This document shows positions 40,621 through 54,305 of a DNA stretch of 64,000 nt, piece after piece; the stretch's first letter is position 1, and each line of letters opens with the position of its first letter. A model generated the notes under the pieces. That model was not told where the DNA came from and did not search any database. It saw only the letters and a program-made list of their open reading frames with translations. This stretch comes from Bugula neritina (lineage: Eukaryota > Animalia > Bryozoa), in NCBI GenBank assembly GCA_964035545.1, contig OZ037765.1, positions 24,489,504 to 24,553,503 of the forward strand, given 5' to 3'. A program made the position numbers and the translations under genes.

Positions 40621-42417
40621 CAGCACTGTACACCTGTACTGTAAGGTCCAGGGCTCCGACTAGAGCGCAAGATTTAAAAGTAGGAAGCAGTGTTAATGTG
40701 GATTTAGTCTGTAATTACGATAATTAATATTTTTATTTAGTTACCACTTGTGTAATTTAAAAGTATTAATAATCATTTTATCAAAAAAAATTATTTAAAA
40801 ATTTTTTGTCAAAATCTCACAAGTGTTACGGAAAATAGATTCTGCCAGCACATCATAATAGTTAGACAACTCTACAAAATAGCATGTTGTTCAATAAAAT
40901 ATTATTGTTATGACATGTTGACAGAGAATAGGTTGAGACACAAAGTTGAATATTTCAATGGGCTGAGAAACGTGCAGGGCTACGCCTTATTGGCTAGCCC
41001 AAAGTTAACCAATCACAACAATTACTCTAGGCAGGAGATATATTCATACAAAAGCAATAATATTTTAATTCAAGCTTTCACACTTCTGTTGAAATTTATT
41101 CAAGTCATCTGCTTTTGTGTTTGAAGATTTCCCCATTACACACATTGCAACCATTAGAGTGCTTATAGAAACTATAGCTGGAAAGCATTACTCTATAGTC
41201 ATTAAAAATATAATTTTGAAGTGGTAAATTGCTCAACTTTAACATTTCCAATAGCTCTCCAAGTTAATGTAGATATTTTATCCTTTTTAAAAACATCCAC
41301 CACCTCACCAAAATTTTAGATGTTTTTGGGTCCCTCACTATTAACACTTCGAGATCATCAAAGTAATTAGCTAACACTTCAGCATAATATTTTAAAAAGA
41401 AGAGACTATTCTAACAATTTATTCCATGATTCAAAAGGTTGCAAAACTTGATTCACCATAAGATGCAAAGAAAGCGGAATTATTGCATTGTAAACCTTTA
41501 TTAGTTTCTAATATCTCAGTTGCCACACCTAACTTTGAAGGTACATACGTGGTGACTCTTGGCACAGCATTGATTGATTTTCATATCAATAGCAAATCAA
41601 ACCTGCTGAATTATTGAGAACTGCTTATATAGCATTTTTGAAGAAACTGATACTGTGATATAGCTACGCAAGTTATTGCACAAGACTTCAGAATTTTGTA
41701 GCATAAATAATTTGGATACATGCATATAGTGTTTTCTAGCTCTACTTTGTTTTACTAATTTTCTTGTTCATGTAGTAGCTGTTACTAGCTGTATACATTG
41801 TATTGCAATTATTGTGTGTCCAGATTTCATTTCGAAAAAGCTCAGTTTGTAAAGGGTTATGAAACTGATTAAAAAAGTTGAAAAACACAGCTATGCATGT
41901 GGATGCAATGATATAAAACTGCTACACATAATATGTAATAATATCAGTAAGGAAGATGGGCTTCAAACATTTCAGTTATCCTGTATCCTGGCATAAAGCA
42001 GTTAGTAATTACTAATACAAAATAATTGATTGTTTTTAGAAAATTTTATAATACTATAATATATTTGTGTGCATTACAACAGTTAAAGAGTGACTTTTAA
42101 ATGTAAACAATTTTCTCAGCTATTTTATAAAAATATGTAACATCCTTTTTAGGCCGGAAATAAACGAAGCAGAAATAAATGATACAAAGCTATAGAGTTT
42201 TCAAATAAAAGAATCACAAGAAAGCACGTAATAAGTGATAGGTTTATACACAAACTTTAAACTTGCATTTATTTGTTAAACATATTGTAATATCTATTTA
42301 AATTACTAACATAACTTTAGGATCTAGAGCAAGGTAATATTATTACATTACAAAAACATTTGCAGTTTTTTCATTATGAATCAGGTCTATCCATAGTTGC
42401 TTTGAAAAACAAACAAA

Positions 42418-45400
42418 TTAGTTCCTTCTCTTCTTTTTGTCTTCTTCTTTTTGGGAAAGGATTATGAGCAGTTTTCGGAAAATGTGAACAAAATCCAAAA
42501 AGAGATCCACGGAGTGCCTATGCAAATAAACTTGAACTTATATTACCAAAAACACACTACGTTGCGGAATGTTTTACAATACTTGTCAGCAAATATCAAC
42601 AAACAATTACTTGCAATAATATGAAAATGCTTACCAAATGTAATCATCATCTCCCATTCTCCTCTTCTCTATGATCATTTGAGTATCATACAGAACAAAC
42701 AGGCAGAACAAAGCAAGTCCAACATAAATCTGAGCCTACAAAAGTTAAAATAATCACTATCAATTGGCTTCTATTTGCCCTCATGCATATAATACAGTAA
42801 ACATAAGAAAATAGTGAATATAAAATTGATAATGTAATGTATATATCAATATAATCACAGGTTACACATAGTTGTATAAAATATTAGTATTGCTAAAGTT
42901 GAGTTACAGAGAGCTCATTTTTATTTTAGAATATGTCATTTTGGTTCAATTGTCATCAATAAGACTTAAATATATTCTTATTTTCTGAGCTTACTCAAAG
43001 ACAACTTTGATTTGACTTTAATTTGTTACGTGACTGAAGTTAACTGGTCATAGGGAAAAGAGCTGTGCACTTAAAATTTATTTTGCTAACTAACTACAGC
43101 CTTCACATTCTACACATTCATTTGGTTCAACTTACCAATAATGCGAATAAATCAAATTACCTGAAAGAGAATTGTACTTCTAAAGAAAATGTTGACAAGT
43201 GAAGCGAAAGTCATCCATCCAAGTACAGTCATAAGGGTACCTATAAGCAGAGAGGACAAAGATTGAAATATAACACCAACATTAAGGCTATGAAAGAAGT
43301 AAACATTTTATACTTAGTCTTGAATAAAGATGTAAATAGAAAAATACTTGTATTAGAGCTAGAAAGAAAATGTTTAATTGCACTGAGTCATTAAGCTTTC
43401 TACCTATATTTTAACTACTTGTTCAAATTAAGATTCCTAAATTTTTGTCATCAGGATTTGTTATGAATAATAAGCCACACAGCCTAAATGGTGTTGGGAG
43501 TTTTTCAACTTTCTACAATATAATGCCCATAAAGCCCACTTGAGAGAGAACTTTACTCACAAACCTCCAAGATACAGCCAAGTTCTATCTCTGCTAAACA
43601 AAGCAGCAAGGGTGAATGAACCAAAAATAACACAGGCTCCAGTGAAGGCTGTTGTAATCAGTGAAGGATCCAAGAAGGCAGCATATTGAAGAAGGGGGCC
43701 CATTGATACACCTTAATCACATACATAACTCAACGTAAATCAACCTTATAGATTAATAAAAGCAGCAAATTAGCTTCAAGAAAAAAAAACATAAACTAAA
43801 ATTACAGGTTGCAAATATTAAAAAATATTACATAGTTATTTTTTATTAAATCCTAGCAACAAATTTTAAGCATAACTACTGCATATTCTTGAAAGCATTA
43901 TTAAATCACCCATCATCAATTACTGGGTTATCCAGATTAAATAATGTTGCTAGCTGATTGATACCATGATCATCTATTCATTTGTGCGAAAAATATTCTT
44001 CTGACTGAAAAGTTATCAGTGTTAATTTATACTGCAGTAATAAAAATAATTTAGATCACTACACAATTACACCACTGCATAGCATAGCTTAAGAAAAATT
44101 ATGTATTTACCAGTTAGGAATCCTATTCCAGTGAGTATGCCAATTCTTTTTGAAACATTCTTTGACTCGTGAGGTGTAGCTTTCAGCCAAAAAATCAAAC
44201 CCAATGTAATTATTGCAGTCAAAAACCCAGCCTCCTGAGTGAGAAAATATTATAGAAAATTTGTTATTTTAAGAAGAATCTAATCTGACTCAGATTTACA
44301 TGCTAAAAAGAGTAGATGACATTTATACTATTGCGAGAAATTTTTGTATAACTGAATTGCTTATTGCAATGAATAGAGTCTTTAAATATATAAAATCACG
44401 CTATATCCTTTAAATATATACCTGAAGAAACTATTTCCATACCTGCATGATGCCCATTGAAGCGTTGACATAAGCTCCGGCAGTTGCTCCCAGCAATGCA
44501 ATGAATAAACAGCTGTACACATTTTTCAAATGAGTCTGCACTCTAGGCTCGCTAAAATCAAATCACTCTATTTATAATGCAAAAAATACATTTGAATTGT
44601 AATTAGAGTCGAGACTACATTTATATACTTCTACAATAAAATATAAACATTAGTAATGAACATGTTAAAATTTTTAAATTAGCCTCTGAACTCATCTGTT
44701 AAAATATAGATTATAATATTAATAGCAATACTTCGAACATAAAATTAAATATTAATAAATATAATAGAATTATTAATTTCTAATGATAATCATAATACTA
44801 ATACTAGTAATAGTACTAGTCATATTAAATAGTAATAGTAAATCACAACATCAGTAAATGTAATATTAATAGTGATATTAATACTAAATCTAATAACAGT
44901 TATAAGATTAAGTATAACTATCATCAAGTCTAATACACTTAGTCTTATAGTTATACAGATTCAGATTGAGATACTGATGCTATGTCTAAAAGTAAAACCA
45001 AGTCTAATCATTAAAAGTCAACTGTCTAATTTAAAACTAAAAGTGAATGTGAATTAGAATGTCTAATACTTACTCTTACAGTTAGTGTTACTAACTCTAA
45101 GTCTAAGTAAAACTAAAACTAAATCACTACCACTACAAGTACGTGATCTTACATGTAATATTAGATCTATTTCTAATACTAGTCATTAGATCTATTTCTA
45201 ATACTAATACTAATAAAGTAATAGCAATACTTATAGTAATACTAATAGTAATAGACTAATAGTAATAGTAATACTAATAGTAATAGTATTAATATTAGTA
45301 TTACTATTGGTATTACTATTACCATTGGCATTACTATTAGTATTACTATAGTATTAGTATAAGATTAAGTATTACATTGAATTTTTCTTAGAGTTAGACT

Positions 45401-45661
45401 TAGAGTCTCACTCTTAAACTTAGAGACAGAGTAATACTAATAGTAATACTAATAGTAATAGTAATACTAATAGTAATGGTAATACTAATACAGTAAATGT
45501 AATACTTATACTAATAGTAATACTAATAGTAATTACTAATTAGTAATAGTAATACTAATAGTTACTAATACTAATAGTAATACTTATACACACATATGAT
45601 CAAACTTTGCCAAAGCTTCCCATCGGTTGATCCCAGGTTCTGTGTTTTGAAAGTAATTCAT
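42418..45661 (-). CDS. TMBIM6: Bax inhibitor-1
   Basis: Exons 45661-45594, 44551-44443, 44234-44111, 43711-43565, 43240-43161, 42735-42635, 42517-42418. [82 protein letters not shown]. Confidence 0.96.
44700..45590. repeat. 3/6-bp periodic TA-rich tract in TMBIM6 intron 1
   Basis: Starts within ~10 nt of the exon-1 donor (45593); long (TACTAA/TAGTAA)n runs and TTA-NNN hexamers. Confidence 0.88.
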
Positions 45662-45824
45662 TTTATGAACTGTTGTTCTTAATCAGAGTGTATTCTCTAA
45701 ATGTTAGTATACTATAACTATAAGTATATGGAAAACTCAAATAACAGATGTAGTTATCTCAAACTACAACTGACACTGTCAATTTGACCTATGATCACGT
45801 ATTATTCAATAATAGTTCTTTAGG

Positions 45825-45862
45825 GATGACGTGTGCCTGCGCAAAGCAAAAGTGTTGCGCAA
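45825..45862. promoter_or_regulatory. Candidate UPRE/CRE (GATGACGTGT) and C/EBP palindrome (TTGCGCAA) upstream of TMBIM6
   Basis: Exact motif matches ~165-200 nt upstream of the ATG in a CpG-poor background; motif match only. Confidence 0.35.
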
Positions 45863-47185
45863 AATAATATTATTATCGAAAAGACAACTCTGGGTTAAAG
45901 AACTAAACTAGTAGAGTAATACAGTGCTAGCTTTACATACAGTAATTTTATAACTCTAGGCTCACTGCATGCAGCTCTTTGCACAATTATCATTGATTTT
46001 TTTCTATTTGAATGAGAAAATTCGAACAATCTTTTTAAACAAACTAGCAAAGTTTTACATAAAGAATATAAAGCATATTGATCTATAAAATATTGTACAG
46101 ACATAAAACTTTGATTCAAGTTATTAGAGTGAATTGTTGCAAAATATAATATATGCAAATGCTGTACAGAAACGTTACTGTACTTTGAACAAGTAAATGT
46201 GTAGTTGTAAGCTATTTTGATTTAGTTTCAAAATTTTAATAAATAGCTAGAAAATATTTTTTATATATGTGGTGATTTTCAAATATACTAATTAATTCTT
46301 TAAATAAACTTCGTTTATGGATTAATAGATGCATCTTGATCTATAAGTTTTACTTAATAGAGTGGGCACTGATCATAAGTTGAGAATCTGCTGCTGTGTC
46401 TAAGACCATATGTATTCAGTTGTTTAGAAATTAATTTTGATAACAATACATTATTATACTATTTATATACAGCATATATGAACCTACTAATTTTGTATGT
46501 ACAGCAAAGTGCATTATAATGCAAGCAATTGTTGATTATTTAAAAATATTATTTTTAATGAAAATTAAGAAACCAATTTGCACTAACATTAAACAGCTCT
46601 CACACACAGCTTACACATTGTACACATGCACATGCATGCAGACACACTCAGTGTGTATGTCAAAATATATTTAATTATGCTATCAATAAAATAAAGATGA
46701 ATTATTTTTATTCAAACATGTGCAAAAGTTAATTTTTGACCTCTAACACTCCAAAAGATCTCTAATGGTTATTGATTATAGGTAATTATTATAGATCATA
46801 ATAGGCCTGATACAGAGATACGGTAGTTTAATGTTACTTCCAACTCGGGTCAACTAAAGATCTGAAACAAATCTTTAGCTTTTATTGCTACATTGTGTTA
46901 TTTTGGGTATATGTGGTTTAAGCGTTTAAGGTTTAAGCGTTGAAGTCAAATGTTTAAACAAATGAAAATTATTTTGTTTCTAAAAAAATATTTTGAATCA
47001 TCTGAGCGCTTCTGAGATTTTAGAGAAGATAATTCGACAGAAAATGAAAAAGATTTTTTCAAATTTGTGATTTTTAAACTAAATTAAAACAAAACATATG
47101 TTTTTACTTTTTTAATTTTTGAACAAATTTTTTATCGTATGAATGTTTGTTAAAATTTATTTGAGACTAGACCACTCATTCCTTC

Positions 47186-47211
47186 CACGTGACTACATAA
47201 TCTATCCTTTT
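47186..47211 (+). promoter_or_regulatory. EEF2 core promoter: E-box CACGTG and TCT/5'TOP-type initiator
   Basis: CACGTG at 47186-47191; TCCTTTT at 47205-47211, ~80 nt upstream of the ATG. eEF2 is a known TOP mRNA. Confidence 0.55.
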
Positions 47212-47285
47212 AGCGAGATCCGCCATAGTCAGAGCTTCTGACAGCGTACTGTTTTGTCTTTGTGTTCAATCCAACCAAATTCAAG

Positions 47286-50200
47286 ATGGTAAGTACCATC
47301 CAAACTTATATCAAAATTAAGTAATACATCTCTTGTTTCATATTCAAATGCGTCTTCAAATAATATCTTTTAGTAGTTCCCATAACATACTTTTGTAGCT
47401 TTTTAAAACTTTGAATGAATCGCCATCATGAGTAATTCATCATTATTATTGAGATATTTTTATCGACGTAAATTACTTCATGATTAGTTTTAAATTGTAT
47501 TACCCGAGCCATGACTGTGAGATAGTTTAAAAGAGTGTTTTAAGTTTAAGTTAGTAACAATTTACTTTTGAAAAAATGTGATTTATGATTTTATTTAGTC
47601 TTACTCAAGGCCTTGCTAATAATTATAACTAATACTAATAGTAATGATAATTTGATGCTGATTTGAAATTAACGACGCTGATGGCAAAAATTCAATGAGC
47701 CATCCTATATCTTATTAATACTTTAAAACTTTGTGACATGTAACTTACACTAAAAGCTTCAGTTCATCTTTGATTCTGAGGCAAAAAACCAATTAACATT
47801 ATGAATCAATATTTTATGTTAAGTTTTTGTAACTCTTGGTATTATTGTTACTGTTAGTAATACGTAGGTATCACTAAGGGTTAATACCCCCAACATGCCT
47901 TGCTGGTAAATAATTCGGATGTAGAAATGAGTTATTTGAATCTTAAGCTAGGAGTAGGTCTCACAGCTTTGAATTGGATTTTGTGGCTTTGGCCTTTGAA
48001 ATTTCAATTTATTTTGTAGCTTTGTTGAATGATTAAAAAAACATGCTAGAACTTCAACTTTCAGCTATTGCCCATGTTGCGAGTGTATACAAAATTTACA
48101 ACTTGAACTGTAACTTTTAGGTGAACTTTACTATAGACCAGATCCGTGAAATCATGGATATCAAGACAAACATTCGAAATATGTCTGTGATTGCTCACGT
48201 AGATCATGGAAAATCCACTCTCACAGACTCGCTGGTCAGTAAAGCTGGAATTATCTCATCTGCCAAAGCAGGTGAACAGAGATTCACTGATACTCGCCAA
48301 GATGAGCAGGATCGATGCATTACCATCAAATCTACGTTAGTAAAAATAATAACCCTCCTCACGAAATAGCATCACTAAAATGTTTTTGTTTTCAGTTGTA
48401 TAATTATATGCCCTTTTATTTCAATGTGATTTTGCTTTGGTTTTGCTAACTTCCTACATACCCATACACATTCTACTGCTTTTCAGGGCTATTTCTATGT
48501 ACTATGAGCTTTCAAAAAAGGATTTAGATGCCATTCAGCAAGAAACTGATAAATCTCATGGGTTTTTAATCAACCTTATTGATTCTCCTGGCCACGTAGA
48601 CTTTTCAAGTGAGGTCACTGCTGCTCTTAGAGTGACGGATGGTGCCCTTGTGGTTGTTGATTGTGTGTCAGGTAATCTTCCCTTGACCTGCAAATATTTA
48701 TTTATTATTATTATTGTTATTTATTTCACTGCTATTATGCACTTTTAGTCGGCAGTTGATCAGTTTTTCTTCAAGCATATCAAATTATCTTCATGCAGGG
48801 AGGTTATAAATCGCAGGCTTGCCACCTGCATTATTTAGTAAATAACACATAACCATCAATAACTAATCAAATTTGAAATAGTGTGTAGTTGACTCTGAAC
48901 CTCACTAGCCTTGAGTAAAGATGACATTCATTGGGCTACTATAAGTTAAACTGATTCTCATAGTATCTATAATAATGCTCTTCAATTGTCCTTGTCAGCA
49001 TAATGTGAACAAAAAAAACCGCAGTTTCTTAATCTTCGATTGCTTTCTTCCTAAAAATTTAACTTGTGTTCTGTTTTTTTTTAAATGTTGGCTGCTGTGG
49101 TCAGGCAGATCAACATTCAAAGTATCTCAATCTATTTCAACTTCAAAGTCTTGAAAATATGATGTATAAAACATCTTTCTTACCTAGGCAATAAATTGGG
49201 AAAAAGGCAAGAATTTGATTTTCCAATAAGCAACTGTTCTATGGTGTAGTCTCAGTATTGCTGAAATACACTGTTAAGATTCAATAAACATTTATTTTAG
49301 GTGTCTGTGTGCAAACAGAGACTGTACTGAGACAGGCCATTGCTGAGCGGATTAAACCTGTGTTGTTTATGAACAAACTAGACTTGGCTATTTTGACATT
49401 GCAAATGGGAGCTGAGGACATGTACCAAACTTTTCAGCGAATCATCGAAAATGTTAATGTGATTGTGTGTACCTATTGTGAAGAAGATGGGCCCATGGGA
49501 GACATTCAGGTGTGTAGGCCATCTTTAATTGGTTTTCGGTGAGGCTTTGTTGTCTTAGTTCAAGTTGTATGTTTCTATTCCCTGCATTACAGGTCAGCCC
49601 AGCAACTGGAACTGTTGGCTTTGGATCTGGACTGCATGGATGGGCATTCACTCTGAAGCAGTTTGCTGAAATGTACAGTTCCAAGTTTGGCATCGATGAA
49701 AAAAAACTGATGAAGAAGTTGTGGGGAGACAGTTTTTACAATGCCAAAACCAAGAAATGGGATAAAGATGACTCTAGTGGTGGAAAGAGAGCTTTCTGTC
49801 AATTTATTCTGGATACAATCCTGAAGGTATGTAGAGTGTTGAGAATGATCGTGTTACTCAGGTTCATTGCATCAGCTTTCGCATGCAGTTTATGCAAGGA
49901 AAATAGTAGTTAGTTCATTTTGGATCCTGTACTTACTAAGATTTGGTTGCTGCATCAATTTACATTTCAGTTTGTGCATATAATATTATATCCTATTACC
50001 TAGTGTGCTAAAGAATTAAAAGTTTTGCACTGTCAAATTAGCAAGTGGATCAGTATGGCCAAGAATGAGTTGCTCTACTTGAATACATTCTATAGTTTAA
50101 AGCAGGGGTGTCCAGCCATTTCTGAGAGAGGGCCACTGAAAAATAATATTTTGGTGACTAGGACCACATTGTAAACTTGAGCTTGAGCTAGGGGGCCAAA

Positions 50201-53200
50201 GAATTAGTACTTTTTCAAATTACTTTATTCCAAATTCTTATGAATCATTACACAAAGTCCAAATAGTCAGTACAGGCTGTATGTTTTGTATTGTGTGTGC
50301 AAATGAGACATTTAAAAGGTGTCTTTCACACAAATTCATTTATAGTGTGAAAAGGAATGTTATGTGATATGTCTTTAAGGGCCACAAATGTAAGCTTGGG
50401 CCACCTGTTGGACAGATCGTGTTTCAAGCAACATAATTGATCAGAAAAGATTGAGGCTACTGCTGTTTTCTCTGGAAATTGTTGACTGTATCTCTAGTTA
50501 GTTACACCCTTGTTGACATTACTGATGAATTTTTTCAAAATAGCATAAAGTTTACAGTTCTATAAATCCTACCAATAGTAGTATTATCTCATCACAGTTC
50601 ATTCTATGAATTGAAAGATGGTTGGTTACGGTTACTACTCTTACCAGTATACATGCTAGCTATATCATGTTTTAAGGTCTTCAGCACCACTATGGAAGGC
50701 ACTAAAGAAGATGCCCATAAGCTGATTGAGAAAATGGGTGTCAAGTTGACTGGAGATGATAAAGATTTGATAGGAAAACCTTTGATGAAAGTGGTTATGA
50801 GAAAGTGGCTACCTGCTGGTGATGCTATGCTTCAGATGATCACAATGTACCTGCCTTCACCTGTTACTTCCCAAAAGTACAGAATTGGTAAATGCTTTTT
50901 TAAAGCTTCTTAATTTTGCTGTTCATTTAAATATTTCAACTATCTAATTTATTGTCTGTGTAATTACCTTTACACCACCTTAATTACATTCCTAGATTTT
51001 TTTTGTTTTTTCTATATCTTAGTTGTAGATTAGCATGTAAAACTTTGTGTTGTGATAATCATAATTTTCTCATATTGAATGAATGGGTTTTTAAGCAGTG
51101 GTTTGCTGTTGGTTTTTAGAACTTCTGTATGAAGGACCTAATGATGATGAGATTGCTGTTTCCATGAAGAGCTGTAACCCTAAGGGGCCAGTAATGATGT
51201 ATGTGAGTAAGATGGTGCCAACATCTGACAAGGGCAGGTTTTATGCTTTTGGCCGAGTTTTCTCGGGAACAATTGCAACTGGACAAAAGTGTCGTATTAT
51301 GGGCCCCAACTACGTCCCTGGAAAGAAGGAAGATCTTTATGAAAAGAGTATTCAAAGGTAAATAACATTTTGCCATATTGCAATATAATTTAATTTATTC
51401 TGCCGGAGCTATAAGTGTAGGCTAATTGTTAATGATGTATTCATAAAATTCAGAACCATTTTGATGATGGGCCGCTATATTGAGCCAATTGAGGATGTGC
51501 CATGTGGAAACATTGTGGGATTAGTCGGAGTGGACCAGTACTTGGTTAAAACTGGAACTATTACCACATTCAAAGATGCTCACAACATGAAGGTTTGTTT
51601 TGTCTAATAGCACATTTTCTCATAGTTCACATATGTTCTCAAGTTCATTTTTAAAAAGGAACTAAATATTTTTGAAGATGTTGGCAATTATTAACAGATA
51701 ATTTGAATCCAAATCTGAAATTGACTTTTATTCATTAAAGTTATTGGTTGGGTCTGGAGTATTGAAAATGAAATTGTTACATGTTGCCTCATGCTTCACC
51801 ATGCTTCTATCTGCGCCTGGATCTCAAATAGAAAATAATATAATGTAACTTTAATTGTGGGCTATGGTAGGGAACTGTAGCTCTGTAGCTTTTTCCTTAT
51901 AATCTAGGAAATAATACTGAAGATTAACAGACATATTTTTGTAATGAACTCGGTGTTTTTGTAGGTGATGAAGTTTAGTGTCAGCCCAGTTGTCCGTGTA
52001 GCTGTTGAATGTAAAAACCCCTCTGATCTGCCTAAACTAGTTGAAGGCTTAAAGAGATTGGCCAAGTCTGATCCTATGGTTCAGTGTTGCATTGAGGAGT
52101 CAGGTGAGCACATCATTGCTGGTGCTGGCGAACTTCATTTAGAGATTTGCCTGAAAGACTTGGAAGAGGACCATGCTGGTATTCCTCTCAAGAAATCCGA
52201 TCCTGTTGTGTCATACAGAGAGACCGTTACAGAAAATTCAGACAGAACTTGCCTGTCAAAATCTCCCAACAAACATAACCGATTATTTATGACAGCCTCT
52301 CCTATGCACTCCGATTTGCCTGATGCAATTGAAAAGGTATAGTCTATCTTTTTTTAATAATATAGCGGTATTCTTACTTATCATCTACCGGCTGTTAAGG
52401 GTTGTATGCTCTAGCAATTTTGTTTTATAAGAATTTCTGTGCTCATGCTGAACACAATCCCTATTGGAGTCTGCACACACTACTGAGGTGGTAAAAAGTT
52501 TCAAGTCTGCAATAATTAGAACTTCTTTATTACCTTAGACTCCAAAAGCATCAGCCTAAGCAAAAAAATTATTACTCAACAACATGGTTTGAGCATCTGA
52601 TTCTTGCAGTCTGTAAGTACTGCATAAATAAAGCGTGTCAAATTCTTGAGCATCATTTCCCAAAGTAGTGCACACGCATGATAAATGAATAGATTATCTT
52701 CTAGAATATTTGTTTTATGTATAGGAACTATCCTACCATAACTGTTTGTCATGTGTTTAGGGAGATATCAACCCAAGACAGGATCCAAAGGAAAGAGCTA
52801 AGATTCTTGCTGAGAAGTTTGATATGGATGTTAATGATGTTCGTAAAATCTGGTGTTTTGGTCCCGATGGTACAGGTGCAAACATGGTTGTAGATGTCAC
52901 TCGTGCTGTTCAATATTTGAATGAAATTAAAGATAGTGTTGTTGCAGGCTTTCAGGTATGTTTTTATATGCATATATTAATTGATTTAGTATTGTTGTGG
53001 GGTCTCTTATTTGGATGAGAAATTTATTTTAAATAGCTCTTTCCCTTGATGGAATTGAGTGTCATGTCTTTAATTTGGCAAGCAACATAAATATGCTATA
53101 TTGTATAGCAGTAACATGTTAGTAGTTCTACCAGCGTTTATTTTTTTTGTCATTTTCACAATTTACCATTCTGATTAAGTGGGCCACCAAAGAAGGCGTG

Positions 53201-53971
53201 CTGTGTGAAGAAAACATGAGAGGCGTCCGGTTTAACATTCATGATGTCACTCTTCATGCTGATGCTATACACAGAGGAGGCGGTCAGATCATCCCCACCA
53301 CAAGAAGATGTTTGTATGCCTGTCAGCTGACTGCTCAGCCCAGTATGATGGAACCTGTGTACCTTGTCGAAATGCAGGTAATAGATCTTGCTACATTTTT
53401 TTTCTACCTTTGTTTGATATACGTGGCCCTGATGTTTAATTGTTTCAAGACGAGACTGATTTTGATGATAACCTTCAACTGAGCCAAGTATAGTGATAAC
53501 CTAGATCGTATTTATTCTTAATTATGTTTAAATTTTTCACCAAATTAATATATAATTGCAGTGTCCTTCTGCTGCTGCTGGAGGCATTTATGGCGTGTTG
53601 AATAAGCGACGTGGAATACCTATTGGTAGCGAGCCGTTGACCGGCAACCAGGAAGTGGTTAAGGCTTTCTTGCCAGTCAATGAATCATTTGGTATGTGTG
53701 AAAGTTATCTATTATTGTTTGATATTTTATATTTATGCAAACTGGGGAAACGAGATGCAATTTATCTCCCTTTGTAGGGTTCACCTCTGCTTTAAGAGCT
53801 GCCACTGGTGGGCAAGCTTTCCCACAGTGTGTGTTCGATCATTGGCAGACTATGCCTGGAGATTCTCACGACCCAGAAAGTCTATGCGGTGAAGTGGTTG
53901 TTGCTACTAGGCAACGTAAAGGTCTGAAAGAAGGCATACCTGCCCTTGACAATTACATGGACAAATTATAA
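47286..53971 (+). CDS. EEF2: Eukaryotic translation elongation factor 2
   Basis: 13 exons: 47286-47288 (ATG only), 48121-48335, 48487-48671, 49301-49509, 49593-49826, 50677-50887, 51120-51357, 51454-51592, 51965-52336, 52761-52955, 53180-53377, 53562-53691, 53778-53971. [17 protein letters not shown] and diphthamide loop [11 protein letters not shown] are intact. Confidence 0.99.
50103..50421. mobile_element. Degenerate hAT (Charlie-type) MITE in EEF2 intron 5
   Basis: Left end CAGGGGTGTCCAGC, right end GTTGGACAGATCGTG, subterminal GGGCCAC repeats, 8-bp TSD-like GTTTAAAG / GTTTCAAG. Confidence 0.6.
53424..53486 (+). ncRNA. SNORD21: Box C/D snoRNA, U21/SNORD21-like, in EEF2 intron 11
   Basis: Terminal stem TACGTGGC/GCCAAGTA; box C CTGATGT 53429-53435; guide TGTTTCAAGACG complementary to conserved LSU rRNA CGUCUUGAAACA; D' CTGA 53456-53459; C' TTGATGA 53462-53468; D CTGA 53479-53482; ~75 nt upstream of the 3' splice site. 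Confidence 0.85.
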
Positions 53972-54305
53972 CTTTCATGCTGTGCCATTGTCTACAAGAT
54001 GAATTGTAAAATTCATTTTTAAAGCACTACTTATTTATTTTATTATAATATGTGCTTATCTGCATATGGTATAATCGGTGTGATTGCATAAACAAGTTGA
54101 GAAAATTTAATACAGGGATTAATATAGCCGTAACTAAAATTGTGTTGTCTCTTGTATCCAAGTTTAAGCACAATAATTTATACTGGTGTATAAAATTCTT
54201 TGTCTTGAAGACAAGATAATTGTGAAACTACTTTCTGCCATGCATAGTAAAAAACAGAACTGTAGCGCATAATCTAATTCTTCCAATCTTCCTTCCCTCT
54301 ACGTT

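Noticed and set aside
44872-45057. Ile/Leu-rich 61-aa ORF (also 61167-61421)
   Set aside because: By-product of the 3-bp periodic tracts.
49995-50090. H/ACA snoRNA candidate in EEF2 intron 5 (AAATTA hinge, CAAGTGGA/TCTACTTG stem, ACA)
   Set aside because: Upper stems and pseudouridylation pockets are unconvincing and no rRNA target was identified by eye; needs snoReport/Infernal.
51748-51935. H/ACA snoRNA candidate in EEF2 intron 8
   Set aside because: Two hairpins are possible, but no ACA box is correctly placed after the second.
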